Origin: the human T2T-CHM13v2.0 reference genome, Homo sapiens
Strand: one strand, 5' to 3'
NCBI RefSeq assembly: GCF_009914755.1
Contig: NC_060933.1
Length of the DNA: 64,000 nt
Below are positions 27,551 through 41,056 of this stretch, piece by piece. Made by a program: the position numbers and the translations under genes. The notes below the pieces were generated by a model, which was not told the DNA's origin, did not search any database, and worked only from the letters and a program-made list of their open reading frames with translations. The first letter of the stretch is position 1. The number at the start of each line of letters is the position of its first letter.

Positions 27551-29110
27551 CAATCTCTGACTTTTAATTGGGGTGTTTTGAATGTTTATATTTAAATATC
27601 TTTAAAAGATAATTGACTGTATAAGTAAAATTAAAAAACAATAAAGTGTGGAGTTTATAATGTTTGTAGAAATAAAAACGTTAAGACCATAACAGCAAAA
27701 AGACAACAACAGTAAGTTTCTTAAGCTATATGTCAAGTAGTATATAAACTGGTTATAAACTGGTAAATTAGAAAGAGGTATAACCCTAAAACAACCACTA
27801 AAATAAATCAAAGAGTATAGTTAATAAGACAATAGAAAAGACATAGTAGAATAAAAAAATCCAAAAGTAAGGAGAAAACAAAAAGAACAAATAGAAAACA
27901 GCAAGATGACAGCTTTAACCTACCATGCCAATAATCATATTAAATGTTCTAAATGCCCCAATTACAAGCTGGAGATTGTCAGATTGGATGAAAAAGCATT
28001 TATGAAGCACTAGTCAGGTACTGAACTAAGGATTGTATAAGGTCTCATTAAATCCTCTGGTGAAGTACGTATTATCACTCCATTTCCAATATTTACAAAA
28101 TGAACCTTGCATAGGTTAAGTAACTTCTCCAAGCAGCACAGCAGGGATTCACACTCGGGCTCTGAATAGTGCAAGTAGACCTGTAAAACCTGCTTCCTTA
28201 CTCTCCTTTCAATTCAGCTACACTGAGTACCAGTTACATGGAGTTACTAAGTTAGGAGCTGTGCCCATGGCAATGACTGTAACTGTCTGGGATGAAATCC
28301 ACCTTTACCAGCTGTGTGACCTTGGGCGGTGTATTACACATCTTTAAGCTTTAGTTTCCTCATTTGTAAAATGGAAGTAATAAAACTAGTCCCATAGTGT
28401 TACTGTGTGTTAAATGGAGGTGGTTGACTGTTTTTGTTACTTTAAGCTATACCCTGCAGATCATAGGAGAAATATCAATTTGTGCAATTCTACATCAAAA
28501 TCAAAATAGTATTATATAAGAGTGATATGTTTAAACTGTAGCATTATAGAAATATACTATAGAAGGAACTATTTTATATTTACTTTATAGTATTATATGA
28601 AGTTTTGGTTTCTTCTTTGAGAATCATAGTAATGTGATCAGTTAGTCTTCTTTTAAAGAAACCTCTCATCCCAACTATTCTATTTTCAAAAAAAAACTTT
28701 TTCTTGGAGTGAAAATGTCAAACCTATTCCTAGCTTTGCAGATGAAAGTGTTCAGATTCCTTGGATTTTTACTTTGGATACATGTATTAGATACCTGGGA
28801 TGAATAACTTCAGTTTAGGTTATATTAATATTATAATAATAAGAATGTTTAAAAACAATTTATCTAAATAGTATTTTACATTTGAAATATTAATATATAA
28901 TTTGAAAAATCAAAATGAAATCCAGAGAGTTAAGCAGAAAGTTTTTTTTAACATAAGATTATATTATAAAGCTTCTTTAAATATTTTTTCTTTGAAAAGA
29001 CAAAATTAATTTTAAAAAAAGTTTAGATCCAGCATGACTGTCAGCTGAACAGAAGCTGATCAGTCTTCAAATATCATAGTATTTTTTTCTGAATGAACAA
29101 CTGAAAGAGG

Positions 29111-30801
29111 CAAAATTTCAAATATATTTTATTCAAAATTCTCCATTTAGGAGAAAAGATATATAACAATGTTTACACATGCTTTAATAACTTATTTCAC
29201 TGTACAACTTACATTCTGTATAACAGTACAATAAACCAGCCAAAGAAAATAACCAGTTAGCACTTAAATAAGAATCTACCATGTAAAAAACACAGTATGG
29301 GACACTACAAGGTAGTATTTATATATTTTTTAAATGACTGAGCTACAGTACAACAGTCATCTAGTTCAGTGGTTGTCTAAAACATCAAGCTGTCCACATC
29401 TTTCTGATTCATGATGGGAAAGCTATTATGACCTTTCACATTCGAACATGTCATTTTGTTGTGTAAATTTGGTGGGTGGGGGGCAGAAGGGCTCTATTAC
29501 CTTTATCCCTTTCTTATAAATATATTTTCCCTTTTATATTACTTCCAGAATTTTAAATAAAATATTTATTTGTGTTTGTGTAACTACAATGTCAACATTG
29601 TGTTAGAATTATATTAATCAGTTATTTTATAGCCAGCAAAATGGTCCAAACGCATTAAGAAAACAAAAGATAACTTAGCTCTGCCAAAGTAGCACCTAGG
29701 AAAACAGCACTTCAGTAAAATTTCTCCTGCTATTCCTTATAGCCTATTGCAGGCAAACAGCAACAACTTCAAAAACATAGGCAGAAATGCAAGAAGGAAG
29801 TACTCAAGGAACTATTTTCTGTTTCTGAAAAAAAGATCTTATTAGTTAGTATATTCTCTAAGGCATTTTATAATCTCAGAGTTGCAATGATTGCCAAAGC
29901 AGGTACATGGTAAGACTTAGCAAGAAGAAAACAAGATGAAAATGACTGACCAGTGAAATCTGAACTTGTTCCAAGTAATTAGATTTTCTAAGGAGAAAAA
30001 AGGCACAGGAGGTGCACATTTCAATTTGGCTCAAAAATAATGAAAATTAATTTAAAAAGTTGGCAACAATTACTAAAACATAAAATACAATTTCCTTTTA
30101 CAGAGCTCAACTACATAGAATATCAACAATAGCAAGAACAATAAAATAAACAAAACACCCTAACTGTGGTTCACCAGGAACAAGGACTATAGAGAACTAT
30201 TAGACATTTCTACAGACTGAATCCCAGGGACTAAATCCACAAAGTAGGATCTAATAATCAATTCCAATTAAACATCTGCTTGATCAATTTTCTTTCTAAA
30301 GCTCATCCTATGTTCAAGCTCACTTTCTTTCTGTGGAATTGAAATCATTTAAAGGCTCTAGTTTTCAGTTGATTGCAGAAGTATTACAGTAATTCTACAC
30401 ACCAAAGAATGCCAAAAGATAGAAAGTCAACTATCTGTAAAAGCCAACTCAGATTTCACCTTGACACATGTAAACCATGAATCATGTATTTCAAAAAAAC
30501 AGTAGTTGTGGTCAAGTTTACATCCTATTATTATATCTTTAAAAGATAGCAATAATATTTATTATATTGTAAACATAGGTCTGTATCCCAAAAGCATAAA
30601 TCTAGGAAAAGAGACACCCAATGTAATGATGCACCTGACATCCCCTCACAGGCTCTTGTGAGAACTGTAGTGTAACTTACTTAACTGCAATTGCTGAGAG
30701 CAGAATTCTGGAGTATGATCCAGGGGAACGTTTCCCCACACCACTGAGCTACTTTACCAGCGATCATGATTGTGATGGAATAGGCTTATTAAGTTACACA
30801 T
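29111..30801 (-). other. C9orf72: C9orf72 long-isoform 3'UTR (exon 11)
   Basis: Follows the TAA at 30802; distal AATAAA on the - strand at 29128-29133; AU-rich. Cleavage site approximate. Confidence 0.85.
29128..29133 (-). terminator. C9orf72: Polyadenylation signal AATAAA (C9orf72 distal)
   Basis: tttatt on +; U/GU-rich sequence follows on the - strand. Confidence 0.7.
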
Positions 30802-30988
30802 TTAAAAAGTCATTAGAACATCTCGTTCTTGCACACTAGTGTAGAAAGGTCTTCCAAAGATAAAAGAGTGTAGGCCTGGTTTAATTTTCTCAGCCAGAGC
30901 CATTATTATGTTAAGATCGCCCTCTGCTGTTAAATCAAGGTCTATCTTCAGGTTCCGAAGAGATTTAAAGGGCTTTTTTCCCTTCTGC
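30802..30988 (-). CDS. C9orf72: C9orf72 exon 11 coding part (QKGKKPF...DVLMTF*)
   Basis: AG acceptor at 30990-30989; 187 nt; TAA at 30804-30802. Confidence 0.98.
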
Positions 30989-31123
30989 CTAAAAATAATG
31001 GAAAAAAAAAAAAAAAAAAAAAAAAAAAGAAGCGCAAAAATTATGATATAGAAAATGTACAAAGGAAACAAAACAAAAAAACAATGTACAAAGGTTTTTC
31101 TTCCGTGTAGGAGTTTTACTCAC

Positions 31124-31233
31124 GTATCGTCTTCTATATATTTTATTAGTGTCAAGGCTTTTCTGTGAAGGACAAGTAGAAACTGTGCAAGGAAAGTACT
31201 TCTGAGAGATAAGCCAGGTTTCAGCTGAAAGAC
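31124..31233 (-). CDS. C9orf72: C9orf72 exon 10 (VFQLKPG...IEDDT)
   Basis: cag|GTC ... AC|gtgag; 110 nt. Confidence 0.98.
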
Positions 31234-31361
31234 CTGCAGGGAGAGGAACCATTTCAACACATAATTTGCTCACATTCTACTCGTACAGAAGTTTCTATGA
31301 CAGTGTTGACAGTGCTTGGCAGACAATACACACTAAACATCTCCTTAACCATTTCCACTGA

Positions 31362-31706
<345 letters not shown>

Positions 31707-32832
31707 ACAATCTGACAGTTTTTAGAAGTTTTCTAATTTATCTTTAAAAATGCATTCAAATTTTGCATTCTACTTCAGAATACATCCATGTTTACTTCAC
31801 TTTTAAAACTCATACATAAGTTATTTCGTATTACTTAATTTTTTCTGCCCAAATCTTCAAATAACATTGAAGCTCCTAGAAGATGAGCCTATGGTTTTGA
31901 GACATTCATATACCTGTACTTTTGCAGGGGGTGGAGTGGGTGGGTAGGAGTAGAATGTGTGCATATGATGAGGTGGAGAGTGGGAGGGATTTTATGTCAG
32001 CTTGAGAAGCATGAAATTCCAGGCCTACGAATTTTCCTTGAACTTCGCAATATGTCACAGACCTCATAGATCTCAATCCAAAATTTCTAGTAAACATAAG
32101 GATCTCATTATTTCAAAGCTTTATCTATGACACAGTTTCCTGGCCTGATCCCCAGAATGTTATTATAACAAACTGTAATATATTAAGAAATAAGTTCCAT
32201 ATAATCTACGATTTCCTTCAACTGTGTAATTAAGTAGATATTTTTTAAAAGAATGAAACAATAAAGATGTTATTTAAATAAGTACACTATGTTTCAAAAA
32301 TATTTTTGAGTCATTTCAGGCAAATAAACAACCTCCCTTTCTCAAAAAAAAAAAAAAAACTTACTTGTTATAGGTTAATGCTTGAATTAAAATGTTTGTT
32401 GTTTGACGTATGGAATGCTGCACTCTTAATTGTTAATATACAGGCTCTTCCCCATTAATAAGTCAAAAGGAAAAATCATTTAGACACTTTAGAAAGACCA
32501 GACACTACAAAAAGCACCTAATAAAACAGATTAGGACTCAATTCTTAATTCTATCATTTTATAAATGTTAAAATATATATAAAAAATATATTACACTCTA
32601 TCATAGAGTATATGTTATATATTTTACATATCATATATAACATATACTCTACATAACATAATAGGGTTTTAAGTTTATAACTTTTTTTTAATATATAAAC
32701 ATATATATATCCTACAATGCTGGTAATATGTATATATGCTCGTACTATATATATATACACACACAAACATATATATATACTTGTACTACATATATAGTAC
32801 AAGCATTGCAGGATATATATATGTATATATTA

Positions 32833-33126
32833 TATCTGTAAAAGCTAAGTCAGATTTCACTTTGATACATGTAAACCAGGAATTCTATGTTTCAAAAAAC
32901 AGTAGTTGTGGTCAACTTTATATCTTATTATTATATCTTTAAAAGATAGCAATAATATTTATTATATTGTAAACAAAGGTCTGAATTCCCGAAGCATAAA
33001 TCTAGGACAAGAGGCAACCAATGTAATGATGCACTTGACATGCCCTCACAGACTCTTCTGAGAACTGTAGTGTAACTAACTTAACTGCAATTGCTGAGCA
33101 GAACTCTGGGGCATGATCCAGGGGAA
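32833..33126. repeat. Direct duplicate (~90% identity) of C9orf72 3'UTR segment 30432-30728, inside intron 9
   Basis: Manual alignment: about 31 differences over ~296 bp, offset about 2400 bp. Confidence 0.95.
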
Positions 33127-33216
33127 TATAAATATATAGAACAGGCATTGTAGGATATATTAAAAAAGAAAACATGTCATATCATTCACTCTGACAATCT
33201 CAAGTTCAACATTTAC

Positions 33217-33274
33217 CTGATCCAGGAAGGCTTTCACTAGAGTGTCTCTGTGTAAGACATCTTGAAAAATATTC
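33217..33274 (-). CDS. C9orf72: C9orf72 exon 9 (NIFQDVLHRDTLVKAFLDQ)
   Basis: cag|G ... CAG|gtaaat; 58 nt. Confidence 0.98.
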
Positions 33275-34390
33275 CTGAAGAAAAGAAGAAAATGAAGAAA
33301 AGAAAAAAGTTCAAATGTTGAAATGGCCATATAATGCTACCTTCCACAATCCCTCACTTGAGCCAACATTTTAAGTTCTTATAAATTGATATTACATATA
33401 AACACATTTGTAAGAATATAGATATATATATTTGGAGACACAAAATATACATTCATTTATTTACTCAAGGATATATTTACATTTTACTGGTGTTTGTCAG
33501 GCTAATATGTAATTTTTTCTCTAAAGAATATAAGCAGTCCCCAGTAAGGGTATGTATGTATCTATCAATCTATTTTACTACTCTCATCTTTTAAAAAAAG
33601 TAGAGACCTTTAGGCAATTAATAAATAAAACTACCAATTCTTGCCATCTCAAAAAAAAACAAAAAACAAACCAGCAACAAAAATAAGCCACTACCATCAA
33701 AAACCAAAACAAACCAAAAAATGTGAAGAAAAATTTGAGTGAGATTAGAGAACACACTCCGATGATTATCCACTGGGTTTGCCTCAACAAGCCCACCATC
33801 TGTAAGTAACATGAACCAACTATCCAAGAAAGTACTACCTACCTTGGCAACGACCAGAGTGAGTAGTAGTAATATAATGGCCACTTAAAATAATGTGTGC
33901 CTAACACAGCACCTAGGATATAGCAGGTGCTAAAGCAAACACACAAACAAACAGGACTACTTATTCCCTTCCCAGGCCCCACCTCCCTTTCATCTTTTTC
34001 TCTTCCATTTTCCCTAGGTTCTACTCAGGCCAGAGGGTAAGAGAACATTTAGTAAGAGGAGGAGTTTTTAACTGAAAGTGGTAGGGATCATCCTATACCT
34101 GACCAGAGTGGCAAAAAAAGAGAATGGGTATGTGTAGAAGCAAACAGGAAGGTAGTTCAAGTTTCCTTATCTTAAGAAACGAGTGTACCACACTACAGAA
34201 GAAAGAAACCGTAAAGGGGAAAAATATTAGCATTTCGTCATTATTGACTGGGCACTGATAGTGCCCCTTCTTGGGCTCTGGAAAGAGAATAAGGCTTATA
34301 TTTAATCGAGTGGACTTATTATACCTGTTCCACTGAATGAGTATCTTCATCATAAGTGAATTAGATAAAGCAAGGTGTTAAAAAAGAACA

Positions 34391-35620
34391 TTTCCATTTG
34401 TTTGTGTCATCTCTGATTTCTTTCAGCAGTGTTTTGTAATTCTCATAGAGATCTTTCACCTCCCTGGTTAGCTGGATTCCTAGGTATTTTATTCGTTTTG
34501 CGGCTATTGTGAATGGGACTGTGTTCTTGATTTTGCTCTCACTTTGGAAGGTGTTGGAGTATAGAGAATGCCAAAACTTTGCTGAAATTTTTAACAGATT
34601 TAGGAGTTTCTGGGCAGAGACTATGAGATTTTCTAGGTACAGAATTATACTGCCTGCAAACAGAAATAGTTTGACTTCTTCTCTTCCTATCTGAATGTCT
34701 TTCTTTCTTTCTCTTTCCTGATTGCTCTGGCTAGGACTTCCAGAACTATGCTGAAAAGGAGTGGTGAGAGTGGACATCCTTGTCTTGTTACGGTTCTCAA
34801 GGAGAATACTTCCAGCTTTTGCCCATTTGGTAAGATATTGGCTATGGGTCTGTCATAGATGGTTCTTATTTTTTTGAGGCATGTTCCTTCAATGCCTAGT
34901 TTGTTTAGGATTGTTTGTGATTTTTCTTTTTTGAGACAGGGTCTCACTCCGTTGCCCAGGCTGGAGTGCGGTGGCATGATCTCAGCTCGCTGCCAACCTC
35001 TGCCTCCCGGGCTCAAACAATCCTCCCACCTCAACCTCCTGAATAGCTGGGACTATAGGTGCATGTCACCATACCAAGCTAATTTTTTTTTTTTTTTTTT
35101 TTTGTAGAGATGGGGTTTCACCATGCTGCCTAGGCTCGTCTTGAACTCCTGGGCTTAAGAGATATGCCCGCCTTGGCCTCCCAAAGTGCTGGGATTACAG
35201 GTGTGAGTCACTACACCTGACCTACTGAAGGTTTTTAACATGGAGGATGTTAAATTTTATTGACAACCTTTTCTCTACCTATTGAGATAATCTTGTGGTT
35301 TTTGTTTTTAGCTCTGTTTATGTGATGAATCACACTTATTGATTTGTGTATGTTGAACCAACCTTGCATCCCAGGGATAAAGCCTACTTGATCAAAGTAG
35401 ATCAGCTTTTTGATGTGCTGCTGGATTTGGTTTGCTAGTATTTTGTTGAGGATTTTTGCATCTATATTCATCAAGGATATTGGCCTGAAGTTTTCTTTTT
35501 TCTGTTGTGTCTCTGCCAGGTTTTGGTATCAGAATGATGCTGGCCTCATTAGGGAAGAGTTCCTCCTCCTCAATTTTTTGGAACAGATTGAGTAGGAATA
35601 ATACCAGCTTTTCTTTATAC
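34391..35620 (-). mobile_element. L1PA (old primate) ORF2/RT segment: inverted 5' part of a twin-primed L1
   Basis: RT remnants ([21 protein letters not shown]; [11 protein letters not shown]; IKYLGIQLT) on the - strand. Confidence 0.9.
34921..35222 (-). mobile_element. AluJ-like inserted in the L1
   Basis: gagacagggtctcactccgttgcccagg...ggctcaaacaatcctccc. Confidence 0.9.
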
Positions 35621-35630
35621 ATCAGGTATA

Positions 35631-37216
35631 AAGAGATGACACAAACACATGGAAAAACATTCCATATTCATAGATAGGAAGAATTAATATTGTTAAAATG
35701 GCCATACTGCCCAAAGCAATCTACAGATTCAATGCTATTCCTATAAACTACCAATGACATCCTTCACAAAACCAGAAAAAACTGTTTTAAAATTAATATG
35801 GACCCAAAAAGGAGCCCAAATAGCCAAAGCAATCCTAAGCAAAAAGAACAAAGCTGGAGGCATCACATTAGCCGATTTTATACTAAAAGGCTATAGGAAC
35901 CTGAACAGCAGGGTACTGTTATAAAAACAGACACATAGACCAGTGGAGAATAGAGAGCCAAGAAATAAAGCCACACACTTACAACCATCTGATCTTCAAC
36001 AAAGTTGACAAAAAACAAGCAATGGGGAAAGGACTCCGTATTCAATAAATGGTGCTGGGATAATTGCTAGCCATAGGAATTGGAGTGAAACTGGACCCCT
36101 TCCTTGTGCCATATACAAAAATCAACTCAAGATGGATTAAAGACATAAACGTAAAATCTAAAATTGTAAAAACCCTGGAAGACAACCTAGGAAATACCAT
36201 TCTGGACATAGGCCCTGGCACAGATTTTATGATGAAGACGCCAAAAGCAACTGCAACAAAAACAAACACAAATGGGACCTAACGAGCTCCTGCATGGCAA
36301 AAGAAACTATCAACAGAGTAAAAGACAACCTACACAATGGGAGAAAAATATCTGCAAACCATGTATCCAACAAAGGGATATGCAGAATCTGGAAGGAACT
36401 TAAAACTAATTAACAAGCAAAAAACAACCCACCCCACTACAAACTGGGCAAAGGACATGAAAATTTTTCAGAAGAATATATACAGACAGCTAAAAAGCAT
36501 ATGAAAAAATGCTTAATATCACTAATAGAGAATTGCAAATCAATTCTCTAGGAATGGCTATTATTAAAAAGTCAAAAAATCACAGATGTTGGCAAGGTTG
36601 TGGAGAAAAGGGAACACTTATACACTGCTGGCGGGACTGTAAATTAGTTTAGCTATTATGAAAAGCAGTTTGAAGATTTCTCAAATAACTGAAAATAGAA
36701 CTACCATTCACCCTAGCAACCCCATTATTCTATATGTACCTAAAGGAATACAAATTTTTCTACCATAAAGACACATGCATGTGTATGTTCATCACAGCAC
36801 TATTCATGATAACAAAGACAGGGAATCAACCTAAATGCCTATCAATGGTAGACTGGATAAAGAAAATGTGATACATATACACCATGGAATACTATGCAGC
36901 CATAAAAACCAGATGGAGCTAGAGGTCATTATCCTAAGTGAACTAATCCAGGAACAGAAAACCAACTACCGCATGTTCTCACTTCTAAGTGGGAGCTAAA
37001 CACTGAGTATACATGGACACAAAGAAGGAAACAGCAACACCAGGGCCTACTTGAGGGTGGGAGAAGGGTGAGGATCAAAAAACTACCTATTGGGTACTAT
37101 GCTTATTACCTGGGTAATGAAATCACCTGTACACCAAACCCTCATGACACGCAATTTACCTGTATAACACACCTGCACATGTACACATGAACCTAAAATA
37201 AAAGTCAAAAAAAAAA
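35631..37216 (+). mobile_element. L1PA13-16-like ORF2 3' part, 3'UTR and poly(A)
   Basis: [19 protein letters not shown] remnant; 3'UTR gggtactatgcttattacctgggt...cctgcacatgtac; A-tail. Confidence 0.9.
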
Positions 37217-38125
37217 TTCCAGTGACCAATTTTTCATGTATTGGCAGTGACTGGAATTATTTTAAAAAGTTAAAATTAAAAATAACAAACATAATTAACA
37301 TGTAAAAACATATACTTAAAAGTAAAATGACTCTGTGACAATAGACTTAACACACAATCTAGTGGCTGAAAATACTATTTTTTGGACAATTTTATGTTTA
37401 GAAAATTTAGAGCTGGATGCAAAATTTAAAAATTCAGGATATTATTTTGTCATGATCAGCAAAATGAGAATAGCTGTCTAACTGTAGTTTGTCAAATCAG
37501 CAAAACAAACATAGCTGGCTAAAAATGATTAAGAAATGTTAAAATACACATACATCCTCTAAAAAACAAAACAAAAATACCAAATGGTTGCAAACCCATT
37601 CTGCAGTTCACTAAATTTCCTCAAAAAAGCTCCCAAGTAACCAATCAAAAAACGGAAAAAATACTAAGCACTTTAGGAAAAAAGAAAATGTTTCAAGGCA
37701 CAGATTAATTAGAAAACTTCTACATGTCTACTAAAATTTACCAATATATAAAAACTTACTGACATGTAATTTCAGTTGGACCAATTCATTTTCTAAAACA
37801 TTCCCCTACTACTTTCTCAAGAACCAATAAAAACTCTGGAGAACTAGGAAAAAATGGGTCCTATATTAAGTCATCTTTCTGCACCTTGAGATGTATAAGG
37901 CTGGGGGTCCCTTGAACAAGATATTCCTATTCTATGCTTTTGGTTAACACTTACTGTGTAATTACTGGTGCTCCACAGGTCTGTTACCTAAGCTCAAACT
38001 GATTCTGTAGATACATAGGTCAGGCTTATTTGCCCCAATTTTTCTATTGCCTTACACACTTAGACCTGGGTTATTACAGTTAACACTTACTGTTACCTTC
38101 TATGTGCCAGGCATTATTGCAAGCA

Positions 38126-38462
<337 letters not shown>

Positions 38463-39126
38463 TAATTCTTTTCCTGATTTCAGAACATCTTTTAAGTGTT
38501 TACTTAGGGTTTTAGGATTATAGATTTATCATCATCATTTTTTTTTTCAAGTTGGGTCCATGCTCAACAATTAATTATCATTACTTTTCCTTTTGAATTT
38601 ACTGATCAGGCTTTTTTTTTAAAAAAAAAATAAGAAGTGAATAACAATATAAAATGCAAAGTAAAAAAATGTTCCATTAATATATTTTAACAGTTTTGCT
38701 GTATTTTATATTCATATGTCAAGAAAAAAAAGACTTAGAATTACTTCTTTGGTTTTGTTAATAAGTCCATTCAATAACTGTTACATAATAGACTATACAC
38801 AATGTAGGGGCTGGGGCTGGGGCTGTCTGGTTGGCCACTATTAAGCCCGGTACCTAGAACAGTGCCTAGGAGCTCAATATATATTTATTAAACAAATAGT
38901 TAAATATTTACTTTAAGGGTTAATCTTACCTATTTTAGGGTAAACACAATTGTATGGAAAAAGAAGAACATTTAAGAAAAAAATGCTTGATTAAATGTTT
39001 CTTCAAGCATAATTCTGCTGGTAATATTTCTTTCTTTTTAAATGCAACTTCTGTTTTGTTTTTATTCGTAAAAGACACAATTTCATATTGCTTGACTACA
39101 GTACCAGCAGGCAGAGCATTACGTAC

Positions 39127-39362
39127 AAATCAGGAGTAAAGCTTTCGTCAGTGTAGATGATCGTATCCTGAGCCATGTCTTCTTCTGAAGTGGCTCTCCA
39201 GAAGGCTGTCAGCTCGGATCTCATGTATCTACGCTGATTATAAATATGTTCATGACAGGGTGGCATCTGCTTCACAGTATTGACATCCACATCTATGTGT
39301 GTGGTGGGATATGGAGCATACATGACTTGCCGGAAAGGCAGCACAAAGCTTCCAGTTGAATC
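39127..39362 (-). CDS. C9orf72: C9orf72 exon 8 (DSTGSFVLP...FTPDL)
   Basis: cag|GAT ... TT|gtacgt; 236 nt. Confidence 0.98.
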
Positions 39363-41056
39363 CTGTCAAAATAAAAGGAAAATTTACTGTCTTACATGCC
39401 AAACGATATGAATAATTGTTTTTTAATTTTAAAAAATGGTCTCTGATTTAGCAAATCCATCTCTAAAAATTTATCCTAAGAAGCTATTCATGAGTGTGTG
39501 CAAAGTTTTAGTGACAGAAGTGTTCAGTATAGCATTGGTTTCAATAGCAAAACATCAGAATGACCTAAGCATCCAAAGGAAGTGGTTAAGTAAATAAAAA
39601 TGAATTTATTATTTGGCATCTATAGATGAAGTTGTTGAAGTTTGTGTTGATATTCAAAGAGGCTTAGAATCTGCTGTGAAAAAAGCAGATTAGAACATGC
39701 AGAGATGATCCAGTGGGGGTGGGAGTCTTAAAGAAAATACATGCAAAAGGGAAAAAAAGACTAGAAAGAGATATACCAAATATTAACAGTGGGTATTCAC
39801 TGGATTCAAAATTACAAGTGTCTTTTAATTTCTTAATTATTCTATGCATCTCAATGAGTATGTATTTTTATAAAACAAATTTACTTCTTTCCTAATCAGT
39901 TGGGGTAGCCAGTTACCATGTAATAATAACCTACTGCGTATGAGGCACTGTGCTATGAACAGAACAGAAGAAAGAGGCTATTTCCATTTTTTTACTATTA
40001 TAATGCTGTGATAATCATCTTTGTATAATGTCAAAGGTATTTTCTGGAAAACTATATGATTTGTATTTGCATGGAGAACTATTAAATATTTTTTCATTAG
40101 ATCACAGTTTTGAAATTTCCTCTAGGCATCTGGTATAGGTCCCTTTCAGAACTAAAATTATATAATTAAATGAGAGGGTGCTGAGGAAACAAAAGTATTA
40201 AGCACTTTATTATGCCTTTAACAGGAGAAGTTCTAATTTACAGATATGTATAACTCAAATAGAAACTACGTTTCCTTTAACTAGTTTCTATATTTAAATA
40301 CTATCATTCTGAGTTCATAGCAGCACATTATTGAAAATGCACAAAAGCCTAATATAACTTGTATTTGCAACAATTTTTAAATTTTTTTATTTCATTTTGC
40401 CGTGGCTACATCCTCAAGAAAGTAGTCACTATGAGACAATCACATAACCATTAGGAAAGCTATTTCTTCACGTCTTGGGACTATAATTGAAATAACAATA
40501 ATAGATTCAACAAGGTGAACAACTTTCTTCCCTTTAAGTATTATAAATAATTGCTAATTTACATTTCTCTGTTTTGCTCCTTGACAGTAGACTCAAATAA
40601 AAGAAAAATACAATTTTTTTCTAATATATATTATATATAGAAATATATATATTTTAGTACACATACATAGGAATTGCTTAAATCCTATAAGCTTCTTAAA
40701 GATGTTTAAAATTTTTTTTCAATAAAATTCAAATCTATTTAGTTAAAAAGAAATGATCTTATTTTTGATGTGCAACCTGATTTAAGCATGTGTTAAAAAA
40801 AAAAAAGTCCTGAGGCTAGACATGTAGGAACAGGGACCCACCTGGAACACAAAGGGTATTCTATGGTGTTTCACTGATGATACTAACTATAAATCCATAA
40901 GACATATAGTCTATGTGCAGAACTGTGTAAAGGAAGTCAGTCTCTGGGCATGTCAATATGAGATACATTAAATGCTAATATTTAAGATTTGTCTATAAAG
41001 AGTCTCAAAAATGATTTTAGAAAAGTGGTTTCACTTGTGATAACTAGAAACTATAC

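Noticed and set aside
34361-36282. ORFs resembling reverse transcriptase
   Set aside because: Frameshifted, inverted, Alu-interrupted L1 ORF2 remnants; not a functional gene
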